NCBI GenBank assembly: GCA_051362555.1
Contig: CM120643.1
Span: 19,410,848 to 19,474,847 of the forward strand
Direction: 5' to 3'
Origin: Lingula anatina
Lineage: Eukaryota; Animalia; Brachiopoda
Length of the DNA: 64,000 nt
Part shown: positions 1 through 13,319 of the stretch, piece by piece
How positions within the stretch are numbered: position 1 is the stretch's first letter
How the letters are laid out: the number at the start of each line of letters is the position of its first letter
The notes under the pieces: model-generated
Told to the model about the DNA's origin: nothing
The model's database searches: none
What the model saw: only the letters and a program-made list of their open reading frames with translations
Position numbers and translations under genes: made by a program

Positions 1-177
1 GTTGACACTCACTGACTGCTAGGTGGTATAGCTAATGGTATTAAAGTTTTTTGGCTTGTGTTTGATCATTTTTATTTATGATCCAACTACCAAGCCAATG
101 AACATTTTTGTTCAAATTATATTTTCATACAAACAATCACAAAAAATTAATCTTTTCTGACAAATCAGCATACCTAC

Positions 178-2959
178 CTCATCATCTTTACCCCAGATAT
201 CGTAATATTTTGGCTGCTCGTCTTCTTCTGTCGTCGGTTTCTTGGGTTTGATCCATCCCATCTTGATGGCGTGAACCAGCTGTCCCACCTTAATAGGCAT
301 AAATAATGTGATGAAAAACTGTTAATATACCCAAATATTATAAATTATGCATATAAAGTACACACATGCATACACACAATAGACAACAGGGTTCACAATT
401 AGAAACAATAAGTGAAAGAGCTCAATGTTGTTCTTCACTCACTTTTAATTTCTCCCACTTAGATGGGATAAAGCTCCTCTTGTGTTCTGGTCTGTTGGTG
501 ACAGGATGGATCATTTTTTCATGAGTGAAGAAATCCACCCATGGCTGGAATATCAGAAATCACATCATTTTGGATATCTTTACTTTTGAATTACTATTTT
601 TTAAATTTCCGTTTTCTTTATTATATAAAGAATATATATTTTTATCAATTTTTTTTTCTTTTTAGCTTCGTTTTGTTCCAACTTGTCAAATTATCTTAGG
701 GACAAACAAGGGAAAGCATTTTAGCAATGACTCATAGTATCAACACTTAACAAAATGCCTTAAAGTATTTTTTTTTTGTACTTTTTACTTTTTCATTTTT
801 CAATTCTGAAATTTTATAAATGACTATCCTGGCAAGACGGAAATATATATTCATAGGATGTCAAAGATAATTGGCACTGGTTTTAGAAAAGTAATTGGGG
901 AACCGAGAAAGCATCAAGTAGACCTACTTCGTAAGGATCATACGCGGCATCTGGAAACTTTCCTTTCTCCATTCTCTGAATCATCTCAGCGTCTTCCTTG
1001 GAGAGAATGACATCCTGTCCTGTCATCTTGTCCTTGACTGTTCTCCTAGAAGGTACAATGCAGAGTTTGGACATAAATCAGTACACTGAACAATAATGAG
1101 GAAAGTGCACAGTGACACCTATGGGGACCTCGGACACAGGCAATGGCTTAATGTCCAGAAAGTGTAATTTTATTTTTATTTATTTATTATTATTATTTTT
1201 TTTTTTTGGGGGGGGGGGGTGAAGGAAGATGCCTGCAACAATAACGAGAAGCATCACCTCCTCACTTAAAATACTAAGAAGTTGTACTACAAATAAATAT
1301 TAGTTCATTCCATATTTACCAGATCTCCCCCCCCCCAAAAAAAAAAAAAACTATGACTTAATGAAACTAATTACAAATAAGCATCATAGCCAATCATATG
1401 AGATCTAAATAAATGCATTGAGTAACAAAATCCCTTTCTTTCTACATCATCATCAATCCCTTCATAGTAACTTGATTTACCAGTAATCTGGGTTATCCAT
1501 TTTATTGAGAAACTCATCCACTTCATCTGCTCTCTTAGGTTTGATGATTTTGCCTCCCTCCAGGTTGTAACCTATGTGTGCATACTCCCCATACCACTCC
1601 ATAGGGATGTTACCCACTGTATTCCTGATGTCCTAGAGTAGATAAAGAAATATGTCAAAGTTAAGGTCTCCAGGCTGTACCTGCATTCCTTGAGTTAATA
1701 AACTAAACTGACAAAATGCCATCATATATTTTCACATAGCATAACTTAAAGAAATATCAAAGGGCAAATTCTCATACTTCTTGAAAAATATACATTAACA
1801 GATATTTTGTTTTCTTTCTGTCCAACATATAACCATCAGTCGCTTCTGCCACTCATACGTTAGGTATTGCATGCAGTAATAATGTGCCATTTACTTCATC
1901 CCTTACTTGGCTGACTTTTATGAACTGGAGGGGCAGATAAATAGGTCAAGTTTCTGACCAGGAAATTGAAGAAGGTGCAGCTTTAAGGCCATTTTTGGAG
2001 TAATTAATTTGGGTTATCTTTAAATATGTTCCCTTGATTTGAGTTGTATAAGAAACTAGTAGAAGCAGTATGTATGCTTTACAAAGAATCTGCAATGGCT
2101 TCAATGGCATATGGAACTTTAAGTAAAGACTGTATAGTGTATGGATGCCTTTCCAGTTTTGACCACCAAACTTAATACTCACTTGGGCTCACAACAGTGA
2201 AGCAAATCTTTGTGAAATATTTCATGTAAAGTACTCTGGCTGTAGGAAATTAAAAGAATTAAACTTTTCATTCTTTTCCCTTTTTGCATTCAATGTCTAT
2301 GGTGAAATATTACAGATGATCTTTTTCAACTGAGCAACTAGCAGCCCACATAAAAAGAAATCAAAATTTATTCATAAATTTAATAATAAATTCATGTCAT
2401 ATTTCTTTATACCTCTTCATCTGAAGAATCTTGAGCATATTCATTAAACTCTTCTTTTTTTTCTTCTGTATCATTTCCAGATTTTTGACTCGAGCTTCCC
2501 TCATTTGATTTTGTCCCTTTCTTTGCTTTTTCTTTCCCTTTCTTTGTTTTTTCTTTTGCTTTCTGTATGTTTTCTTTTTCTTTCCTGTCTTTTCTCAGGC
2601 CATTTTCCTCAACCTCTTCATCTGATTGCACTTGTGTTTCAGGTTCATGTCTGTTTACTTTTCTCAAAATAATGTCACTGTCCTCACTCCCGTCTGTTTC
2701 CTGGTCTGTGTCTGGATCTGAATTTTCAGTCTGCCAAAAATATTGATAAAATTTATATTCATTCTACAGAAATTAATGCTTGTACATTTGTTCCATATAC
2801 CTTCTCAGTATTAAGATAAGAATATCTTGATGACAAGTGCCTCAAAGGATCAGAAACAATACACACTGTATTACTAATCACAGAAAGATAGATCTATCAA
2901 ATTGTTTAAAAGTAAAATGAACTGAAAGTATTTTCATTAAAAAAAATAAATAATAAATA

Positions 2960-3033
<74 letters not shown>

Positions 3034-3844
3034 ACTACGCTAATTACAACATACGAAGTAATAAATATGACATGAAACATTTATGTTTAACAAGAATGTT
3101 GAGAATTAAATACTTCTAAAACCATTACTGATAACCTATACAAAGACATGGAACACTAAACTGATGTGACTTCAACTTCCAAGAGTTTCTGCAGATAAAA
3201 CTTAAACTGAGTCACTGCAAGTTTCTCCACAGCACCCACCTCCTCTCCTTCCTCACTGTCATCATCAGTCGTGTCTGGTTCATCCTCTAAGCCTGAATAC
3301 TCACTTTCCTCAGAGTCAGTACTATCATCATCAGCAGCATCACTCCCATCAGGAGGGGCATTCACAAATAAGTCAATCTGTAATTTTAAAGGCATTTTCA
3401 TTAATTAATACAAAAAAGTAGCTTAAGTAGCTGATTTAATATTTATGCAATTTTAATCTTTGCTCAGCTTTAACATTTTTAGAAATTCCGCGTTTTATTT
3501 TTATTATTTTGTCGTGGAAAAGCTAACCTAAGTTTACAGCCTCACTTTGTTTATGCGTACCGCAAGTTAAGAGTTACCTGTGATAAGTGAGCAGCAGAGT
3601 AAAGCCTTACACTAAGCCTAACAGCAAGATGTAAACGACTACGACTGTAGGACTCAGCCAGGTAAAACGACCAGGAAAAAATAAGTTATATCTCCATGTT
3701 TTTATTGTAAGCATATGTTTACCTTGCAGTATTACAAACTCCTATGTTAAATCCAATTATTAATGCCAAACTCACCCCATCCTTGTTGTTATTTCCCTCA
3801 GATATCGTGAGTGAATCAAGCTTTCTTTTCGTCTTCAACGACAT
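178..3844 (-). CDS. BOP1: Ribosome biogenesis protein BOP1 (PeBoW complex, Erb1 orthologue), 5' part. Exons: 3776-3844, 3240-3377, 2413-2730, 1481-1632, 928-1045, 443-544, 178-288. The gene continues beyond the left edge.
   Basis: All junctions are GT-AG and in phase (336 codons visible). An acidic N-terminus is followed by BOP1NT-type sequence: YAQDSSDEE|[14 protein letters not shown]...[13 protein letters not shown]|[15 protein letters not shown]...YDPYE|PWVDFFT...[20 protein letters not shown]..|[15 protein letters not shown]...YYDIWG. The WD40 region lies outside the window. Confidence 0.95.
2965..3030. repeat. (GA)n microsatellite in a BOP1 intron
   Basis: Direct observation. Confidence 0.95.
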
Positions 3845-4224
3845 CTTTGCATGCTTTTCGTTTCCCACATGTGTACATAAGCTCTAAAGCACGCCTAAAA
3901 GTTCCTGTTTATCTAAATTGAGATTGCCAGCAATTAAAAGAAGTATCCTCTTAAAGTCTGGTAGATTAAGTTCATATTTATAACAAAAAATTATTTTATT
4001 GTTATGCAATCTAAAATACTCATAGTCATTCCTTACATTTACATAATTCCTTTAAAAGCTTATTTATGGGAACTACACGCGCTTTTTACACATATTGGCC
4101 AATCAATAGCTGCTTTTCTGATTACTGCAGATCTATTTCTAATTGCGCAGTTCCTGTCACTCCGTGTATCAGTGTTGTTACTGATCACACGATGGATGAG
4201 TTATTATTTAGGAGAGTTAACAAA
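3845..4224. promoter_or_regulatory. Shared bidirectional promoter / 5' UTR region between BOP1 and HSF1
   Basis: Divergent ATGs at 3844 (minus) and 4225 (plus; an alternative in-frame ATG at 4192). Overlapping ATTGG/CCAAT (ATTGGCCAAT) near 4094-4103. Transcription start sites cannot be determined from sequence. Confidence 0.7.
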
Positions 4225-7200
4225 ATGCCTACAAAAGAAACAGAAAACTATTCAGCAGAAGCTGGCTCAGCTGTCCCAGCATTTCTCTCGAAGTTGTGGA
4301 CCTTGGTAGAAGATCCGTCGACGGACGAATTAATCTACTGGGATGCGGTAAGTCTTAACTGTTGCTTCACGAGCACTGCCTGGCATTTGTAGCAAGTGTG
4401 AAACCGGTTTCTGCGAACTTTGCAGAGAATATATGCATTGTGTACATTAGCCATGTATTACAATTTGGGTGAAATTAGATTTGTTATTGTTTTGTTATAG
4501 CAGAAAGTCACTGAAAGTAAATTTCAGTAGTTTGATAGCCGACGATAAAATTCCCCGGTCGTCAGCCTATCAGTTTATGTAATCATAGGTCAGTGACGTT
4601 CGCGCTGTCTGTGGAGAAGGAAATCCCCTCCAATATCTTGAGGCGTGTTAAACTTATATTTTCTCTATGACTCATCCGAGGTTTAACAGGGAACACCTAA
4701 AATTTACATAATCATTACATTAATCTTGTGTTTAAAATGTTCTTAAACATAATTGATTTTTTTATGAATTGAAATTAATTTTAGTACCAGTTATAAGATA
4801 CACTTGTAAGTTGTGATAAATGTGATACATGTGTAAGTTGTGATTAAGGACGTGTATAAAGATGGGCTTATTCACTTCTAACACTTGTTTGTGTTGACAA
4901 AAGATGCTTTGTTGCATCATCATTTTGAGATTTTTTTCCCCTGAAATTTCTTCACATTTTTCACATATGTAGTAATTATGTTAGTGTTCCATTTTGCCAG
5001 AAAGAGACATGAGCTTAGTTCCACAGGCAGTTATTTTTCCCTTTCCAACATTACTAAATTGCAGTTTGATTTAACAAGTGTATCTTATCTATGAAGTTGT
5101 GTTCAAGTCCTGCAAATTGGCAATAGTTGGAGAAATTCTGTAGTTTATAAAGAAAAAAATGTATGTTTTTTGTTTCTCAGTGATTTTGCAAAAAATCTTG
5201 TCAATATATTTTGCATATATAGTATTGAATGAATAAATTCAAATACCTAGATTCCTTAATGCCTCATCAATATCATATGTTAATATACTAGTAGCAGAGT
5301 TATGACAGCACAAAAACCTGAGTAGTAAAGACAGTTTGATTAAGTCAGGTCAGCCAAGCACAGTACATGTTATCTTTGCCAATTACTATTCTCTCTCTGT
5401 TAAAAGACATTCTAATCCATTATATGCCACACATATGTAATGGAAGAATAGCTTTGACCCTTTCAGTCCATCTTTGATATGAATTATTGATTTCAGAGTG
5501 GAAGGAGTTTCCATGTGTATGACCAGGGGAGGTTTGCCAAAGAGGTCCTACCTCTTTACTTCAAGCACAACAACATTGCAAGTTTTATCAGACAGTTGAA
5601 CATGTGTAAGTATACAGAACAAAATGGAAAATGTGAGCTGCTTTAACTCATGGATTTGAAGAGCTGTATGGATTATGTTAGTGAGCTGGTTTCAGACGTA
5701 GCAGCTATGAAATTAACAGGAAATTATATTTTACCATGAATTACCCACATAGATAACATATGGTGGACGCGATTTTAAGAAAATTAAAATGTAATTGTAA
5801 AATGCTTTTATGGACAATGACAATTTTCATATACAACAATGAATATGATGAGACACACGCATTATGCATAACAGTTATTTTTGGGTATATGTTTCAAGAA
5901 TTTCTACTATGCAAAGATGGAATAGACAAATATTAAATTAATTTTGAATTCGTATTTAGTACTGCAGTTTAGGTATGATGTGTGGCATGTTGGTTCTGTG
6001 GTAGCTCGTATAATTCAGTTTAACTCCTTTTCAGATGGATTCCGTAAGGTGACCAATGTTGAGCAGGGCAGCCTTAAAGTGGACAAAGATGACATGGAGT
6101 TTGCACACCCATATTTCTTGAAGGACCACGAGTACCTCTTGGACCTCATCAAGAGAAAGGTAAGATGTGCAGTTTGAATTTTGAAAGAGCTTGGCAGCCA
6201 GTGTTATAATTGCATATATATTAGGAAATTCAAAAGACAAAGCCAATTAATCAGCTTACAACCAAACAGCAGGGAGTGAAAATTGTAAAAGCCCCAGAGG
6301 CGTAATTATATGTTAGGATCTCTTTAAGTGTACTGGTCCTTACTGTATCACAAAACTATACTGTCCTGTGAAATTGGACCTTAGAATGGCTTTAGGAGAC
6401 CAGAATTAGAAGCAGCTTTAAGCTTCCAGTGATGTTAAAATGCTCTGTTGTGATGACTTATTCTGTGTGACATTTACCACCGGTGACAGGATATTGCACT
6501 TGGAAAGGGACACTGTCAGGCACATAAGCCTTTCAAATGCCAGCTCAGATTTCATAATACTGTAATACATTGAAGATATTATGTGAAAGATGATAACTTA
6601 AAGATTTTTTTCCAGTGGTTTCTGGGAAATGCTATTACTGTTTTAGGAATGGGATTGGGTTAATTTGCTATGTAGAATATGCATACAGTGAGTGAAAGTT
6701 TTCAGGATTTTCAGTGTTCATTTAGTTTTTTCATATGGTCTATATGCCATGAGAAATTGCAAGCCTCGTTTTCACCCCTGAATATGCGAGATGTACAAAG
6801 CATACCAAATATTATGTAGATTTTTTTAAACAGCCACTATAAAATGAACCACCCAGCATTTTATTGATGGAATGAGAGTCTTTTGCCCAAAAATGAATTG
6901 CAAGTGCAGCACAGGCCAGTTTCATGTTGCTGTGAAGATAAGCTGAATCTCAGCCGGTCTTATGATGGACAGGCACTGTCTAGACATAAAAATATGACGT
7001 GTGTCATAAATGCTCCAGACTGTTGAGCACTCTGTACCACACTCAAGTTTGTTATATATATATAATTCAGTGAACTTATCTCCTGTTATAAAAATTACCC
7101 AGGTATATTCCCACATTGTCTGTTCTTTTTTAAGTGTACAGAGCTATTCAGACTTGTCAACAAATAGATACAGAGCTGTGTCTTATGGTTGCCTCATTTT

Positions 7201-9164
7201 GGCACCAACCCAATGACATGTCTGTTGGATGCCAAAAAGAGGCTCACTTCTGGATGGGAATGGAACCTTGTTTTGGCACCAACCAAAACATCTGTTTGTT
7301 TTCTACACCTATCTTGAATGATGAATATAAGAAACAAAAAAAAAAAAAAGAGAAAAATCAAAGCATTTAGCTTTTTTTTTGTTCAATGAATTATGAATTT
7401 ATTACACCATCTTTGTTTTTACATCACAGCTTTATATTGACCTTTAGTAAGCCATATTGCACATTAGCAAGTAGGGAATAATGAATAATATGCTGATTGG
7501 TTATATTGTGTTTATGTGCAGACACAGTATATCTGTTCATATAGCAATCACCTGCATCTGACTCCCTTGTTGTTTCTTTTTTTACTGTAAAAAAAAAAGG
7601 ATAACAATGTGCCATATTACCCTCAAACCTACTGGATCTTTTGTAAGGACTAAAATACAGCTTGATTATATTAAAAAAATCCTGATAGGCTTCTTTATCT
7701 TGTCTTAGGTTGGAGGTAGCACGCGAGATGACGTGAAGGTCCGACATGAGGACGTGTCCAAGGTTTTGAGTGACGTGAAGTCAATTCGTGGGAAGCAAGA
7801 AAACATGAATTCAAAATTGGATGGGATGAAGAGGTGAACCTTTTTAAAGGATATTAAATTAAAAATTTATTCCCTGTATATTTCTCCTTTCACTCTTCTC
7901 TTCTCTTCAGAACAGCGTTAAAAATATTATAACATTAATTTAAAGAAAATGGCTCTTAATATAAAATTTCCAGTGTCAAGTGATATCACCACAGGGTTTC
8001 GTTTCATTATGTGATACAATGTCTTTTTTTTTTTTTCATGTGAAACAATATTTTTTACAGAGAAAACGAGGCATTATGGAGAGAAGTGGCGTCACTTCGA
8101 CAAAAACACATGAAGCAACAACAGATAGTTAACAAGGTAAGTTTGTTTCTGGCAGTTACTGGTTAAACTGATAGTCTTTAGAAGTACTTATATAACACTC
8201 ACTTATCATTTAAGTATGCATCAAGAAATGTCTGTCTTTTGGAAGTCCAAGAGTACAGTCTTTAACTTGTTTTTGTACACATTATTTGAAAGACAGAATA
8301 CATTTTGTTTTTATTGGTCACATTCAGAGGTTTCCCCAGTATTTGGTATGCAGGGAATCCAAAATCTATAATTTGGTTATAAGTTTACTGGGAGTCCAAC
8401 TTAAGCAAGTCCAACCAACCAACTCAAAAATTTGTATGCCTTCCAGCCATCTTTGGTAATTTAGACCGTATTTTTAGTCTAATGGCCGTCCAAAGGACAG
8501 CAAGATGGCTCTCTGTGGAAACCCTTGGTCACATTTTTTTCTCTTTTTTGTAGTTAATTCAGTTTCTGATGCATCTTGTGGGAAGTCGTAAGGTTCTTGG
8601 GAAGCGGAAACTACCTCTAATGTTGAATGACTCCAGTCAGTTAGAGCCGAGCTGTAAAATCAGCCGACTGTCCGCTGACGAATCTCACACAGCAACGGTA
8701 AGTGATGTCTGGGGAGGTCAGACAGAGTTTGTTATCATTTCCTGTCAGAATTGGTTAGACAAAAGCAGGGTTTAAAACTGGCCTTGAATTTCTTTGGATA
8801 TTGGCAGGCAGATTTTTTTCATTCAACGTAAGACCTTGTTTGGTAAAAGTACGGTTGCCTGTTTGGTATTAAGTATTGCACTTTCTTTAAAGACCAACTT
8901 TGTGGGAATTTTTAATTTCACTAAAATATGATGATTTTAATTTTCTAAAACATTGTTTTAGTGAAGTTTGTACATTTTATTCGTATACCTCATTTTACAT
9001 CAGTAGTGACTTAATTATTTGTATGTCCCAGCCTCAGGACCCTTGTCAAGTGGACAACAAACCCCTGATTCATGAAGTGACCGACTTGAGTAACTTGGCT
9101 GGTATTGCAGAACAGACAGAGTCCATTGTCCAGTCTCCAAAGCCTACAGATAATAGCAAGGTAG

Positions 9165-9211
<47 letters not shown>

Positions 9212-9734
9212 ATATTTAACGGAGAAGTGGGAGAGAGAGAGCATTTGTAAATCTAAATAAGAATCTTTTTACTCCAGTTTTGCTAAAAGAAAGAAAGAAA
9301 TTTCCATAGATTTAGATAGTTCAGACTGGTTATGCTGTATGAATTGTATATATATTTAACAGAGAGGACTGAGCATTCTGTGATATGAACCACATGTATT
9401 TTTTTCCCCACAGGGTGAAATGCCACAATCCAGCATGTCCAATGCAGACAATCCAGATGAGGCAACATTTAAAGAAACAGAGGAACTTATTCAGTCTTTG
9501 AGCGAACCCCTCAACACCGAGAACTCGGCAGACAACTCACTGGACATGGCCCTGAGCAAGTAAGGAAGTGAACATTAGAAATAGCGTTAAGACCCTAGAC
9601 TTAATGTTATAGTGGGATTGAGAGTGGGGTCAGAAATTACTGTGGACTAATGAGTGTGGTGCAGCAATGAATAAAAGACAAAGCTCTCATTTAAGGCTGT
9701 CTCAGATGATTTCCATTGAAATGTCATAAAAGCA

Positions 9735-9772
<38 letters not shown>

Positions 9773-12700
9773 CTGTATTGATAGTAAAGAATGAATGAAA
9801 ATGATTGTTTTGGGGATCAGATAGTAACATTAAAATTTTGAAAATTGAGGGATGGGGGTATTTAAGATAGAAATCTTCATTTTGCATGTAAGTCATTTGA
9901 AAAGAGGAAAATTGATAGCTTAACAGTTGATTGCAATAAATCAAAAGTTGACTACATCACTCTTTTTAGTTTGACCTATTGCAATGAATTTTTCTTTGCC
10001 TTTTAGGATAACATCTCAACTTGTTCCAGCTATGTATTTTGTACACCTGGTTTGGATGAGGTCTTTAGACATAAATATGTTTCCTGAAAGAAAAGAAATA
10101 GATAAAAGGGTTGTGGAATTGGACCTCATCAAAACCATTAATTTATAGTAAATATTGTCACTTCACTGTTTCACTTTCACTTGCACCATCTAATCACCCC
10201 CAACCTCAAGACTTACTCCAGCTTTTGGTATCTGCATACACAATGATATTGTTTCATTCTCAATATTGACCATAACTACCAGTATTATCATCCCTTTTCT
10301 CAGATTCACTTAGAAATAATAACAAGTATGAATCTGGAGGCAAATTTCCAGTTAGGTTGTTGCAGCAAATATTTGTGCCTTCCATCTCATCAAACATTGG
10401 TGATTACAATTTCTAACCATAGGAATCCAGTCTTACCTTTGTGGTTACAATTTCTAACCATAGGAATCCAGTCTTACCTCAACACTGATGAAAACCAAGG
10501 ATAGGACTGGCTACCTATGGTTACAAATCATAATTTTTCTGGGTAACTCAATTCTGATAATTACTAATAAATGGATCCTCCTCAAATTGAATTAATTCTA
10601 AGTTAGCCCATTTTTGACCTATCTTGAAAATTGTATCAAAATCTGTTGATAACTTTTTGAGTTGGGCTGCTACCTAACAAACCAACAAAGGCAAAAACAT
10701 GGCCATCTTGATAGAGGTAATAACTTGGTCAGTTGAGAGAGCACTATTCTAAGTTAAACAATCAAACCTGGACTGGAAATGCACCCTGAAACTTGTATAA
10801 GTGTCTGTAACAATGTTGTGATTAATGTTTTCTCACTTCAGCAGTAGCAGCAATGTTAGCGGTGGTAGTAATAATAACCCCACCTTTACAAGACAAAACA
10901 GTTTAAAACTACAGTAAGTGAAAGGGAATATTTGACCCGTGTTTATGTGCAGACAGCATCTGCCCCTTGGAGCCAAACTATTCACTTTACTTTGATACTT
11001 CATTATAACATATGTGTATTTATCTTTTATACTAACTTTGTGTTAAAGAGTAGCTTTGATGAAATAATAATGAAATGGTTTAAATAAAGTTTTTTTTTTA
11101 TTTGCTTATTTATTTATTGCAAATTTGTTGTAATGCCATGTTCGTAATTCTGGACTCTGGGTTGTTTTGAATGCATTCCTAACAATTGGCTGTGCATGTT
11201 GCTTAACATATTGGTATGTTGTGGTTGTAAGTGGGTCTCTATTGTACAGAGTTTCCCAGGAATTGAGAAGTGGCTCCATCTGCTAAACACCATAATAACT
11301 ACTGCCATAACTGTTTCTCCCAGGGTACATGGTTCAAGTTTTTAAATGTAATACTTAATTGCATGTTTCATTTGCCAATTTCAAAGGGACTGGTTTTGTT
11401 TATTGTTATTTTTTATTAGTTTTCTATTTTATTTTTTCTATTTTTCATTTTTTTGTTTTATTTAAAATGTATATTTCATTTTTGTTGTTTTATTTAGTTT
11501 GTTCATTTTTATTTATTTATTTTTAGAGAGAAAGAGATAAATGTATTTATTCAATTTAAATTGTCTCAGTGACCATTATAGTAAATAAGATGATGCTCTA
11601 CATTAAAAAAGATGCAAATTTCATAAAACTTTCTGTTTAAGTCATTATTTGTTTTCAGCTCTTCTCTCTGGAGTTGCAAGGTTGAACACAGATGAACTGT
11701 TCGTTATTTGGCTACTTTCTCTACTTTGCCACATATATTTTATAATACAATCAAAACATTTTATTTCTTTTGTTTTAAGTTCTTAATATTCTGTTTCAGA
11801 AATGACATGACAGATCACCTGGACACCTTGCAGACGGACCTGGATTCTCTTAAAGACATCCTCTCCGGAAGCTCCTACAACCTGGATCCTGCCATGATAC
11901 TCGGGGTAAGTCAGCCTTACTGGTGATCAGAAAGATCTCTTGAACAGGGGCTGTTTGGTGGGGGGTCTGTGTACTGATCCTGCCATGATACTTGGCTGTT
12001 CAGAGGGGGGGGGGATACTATGAAATGATCCTGCTTTGACACTAGAGATAAGTCACATAGTAGACCTGGCCAACATCCATATTGTGTCATCAGTGGAGTA
12101 ATCAAACCAAGGATATTATACTGTCTGTTGGTGTAGTATCAGTTGTTATCTTCCTAACAGCTATTTTGTACTCACCAAAACAATCTTTCAGTTGCAGTTT
12201 TAAATTGGTTTTCAAAATAACCTTTTTGAATTATTTTTCACATTTGGATTACACATTAAACAAAAGCCAGCATCTAACATACTTACACATTGGCTGACTG
12301 TATTTTTACAGCTCTTTAACCCGGAGAGTCCGGCTCCCAATTTGTCACAAATTCCGAGCAACGTAAGTAAACTGTCCAATCAGAGTGCACTTCTGGGGTT
12401 ACGCTGGCACATTGCCTCTGGTGATCATGTAACAGAACTCTTTTCACAGAATTTGATAATTAAAAACATTGGCAGGAGAAATTTGTATGTCAAAAAAATG
12501 TGATCAGATATTTTTTAACTAAAATTAATTACAGTATGAAAATAGATGGAAAGAAATGTTTTGAGTCAAAATATCTATTTTAAGCCAATTTGCCAGCCTG
12601 GTCCCAGTCTACATAAAGATAAGATGACAGTTTTGACAAGTTTGACAACCACGTCTACACTGGTGTATTTTCTTCATTGTGACTGCGTGTTTTAGATTAA

Positions 12701-13319
12701 CTTGCTGTTTATTGTTTATTTGCATAAAATAGATTTTTTTAAAGAAAAAATGTATATTATATAGATTCCCAAAAGCAGGAAAGAAGACTACATGGGATAT
12801 CTCCTTTTTTTAAATAAAAATGAATTGCATATGCAGGAGAAAAACTAATAATGACAATGATACAGTAATTGTTTGAATATTTGTTGTTCAGATTTTCATG
12901 GATGAAGATGATTCAGCAAGAGATGGAACAATATTAGGTGAGCCTTGAGATGAAATGGTGTCATGTTGACTTCATAGCTTTCAAAGCTATTGTTCTTTAC
13001 CTAACAGTTCCACAGACTTGATGTATAATTCGTTTTAACTATGTCCAATTTTGGCTTTGTATGAAATTAAATTTTTTAAAGGTTTGTACAGTTAAATCTC
13101 CCCTTTATTCAAACCTGTCTCCATGTATTTCCCTCAGGTAATGAGCTGATAGAGTACAACCCCCCAGAGGGTCTGCCCAACCTGTTTGATCTCGTCCCAG
13201 TGGAAGACAACGTAGACGCCATCTTGGACCCCCTGAACAGCCCCCTGAGCCCAGCAGGAGACAAGGATAAGGACGGACCCAGCAAGGATTATCTGAGTAG
13301 CATGGAGGAGGTGGATTAA
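4225..13319 (+). CDS. HSF1: Heat shock transcription factor, ~477 aa. Exons: 4225-4347, 5497-5605, 6035-6159, 7709-7833, 8061-8136, 8554-8697, 9032-9160, 9414-9559, 10842-10913, 11800-11905, 12312-12362, 12892-12937, 13138-13319.
   Basis: DNA-binding domain [15 protein letters not shown]...[30 protein letters not shown]...MEFAHPYF...[52 protein letters not shown] motif. [21 protein letters not shown]-terminal GNELIEY. All introns GT-AG and in phase. ATG 4225 sits in a caaaATG context; 4192 is also possible. The 72-nt exon at 10842 is less certain. Confidence 0.95.
6270..6780. mobile_element. Probable non-autonomous DNA transposon (hAT-like termini) in HSF1 intron 3
   Basis: Imperfect terminal inverted repeats CAGGGAGTGAAAA ... 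TTTTCACCCCTG. No TSD visible. Confidence 0.45.
8325..8527. mobile_element. hAT-type MITE (~200 bp) in HSF1 intron 5
   Basis: TIRs CAGAGGTTTCCCCAG ... CTGTGGAAACCCTTG flanked by an exact 8-bp direct repeat GTCACATT (8317-8324 and 8528-8535). Confidence 0.8.
9167..9210. repeat. (TG)n microsatellite immediately after an HSF1 donor site
   Basis: Direct observation. Confidence 0.95.
10403..10480. repeat. Tandem duplication of a ~35-bp unit (TTACAATTTCTAACCATAGGAATCCAGTCTTACCT x2)
   Basis: Read directly from the sequence. Confidence 0.85.
10610..10723 (+). mobile_element. Degenerate 3' end of a short interspersed element (Helentron/DINE-like)
   Basis: CAAAATCTGTTGATAACTTTTTGAGTT...AACAAACCAACAAA..AAAAACATGGCCATCTTGATAGAGGTAATAA resembles the recalled AAAACATAACCTCCTTGGCGGAGGTAA hairpin end of such elements. 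Recalled similarity only. Confidence 0.35.

Noticed and set aside
4004-4191. Upstream ORF 4004-4309 and the in-frame extension of HSF1 from ATG 4066
   Set aside because: They fall in the promoter interval, show no HSF similarity, and have poorer start context than 4225.
3845-4460. Heat-shock elements for HSF1 autoregulation
   Set aside because: Only isolated or mis-spaced GAA/TTC units; no nGAAnnTTCnnGAAn array seen.
11659-11680. Possible extra HSF1 micro-exon after TTTTCAG
   Set aside because: Weak donor (GTTGAA) and a 22-nt length that would break the frame.
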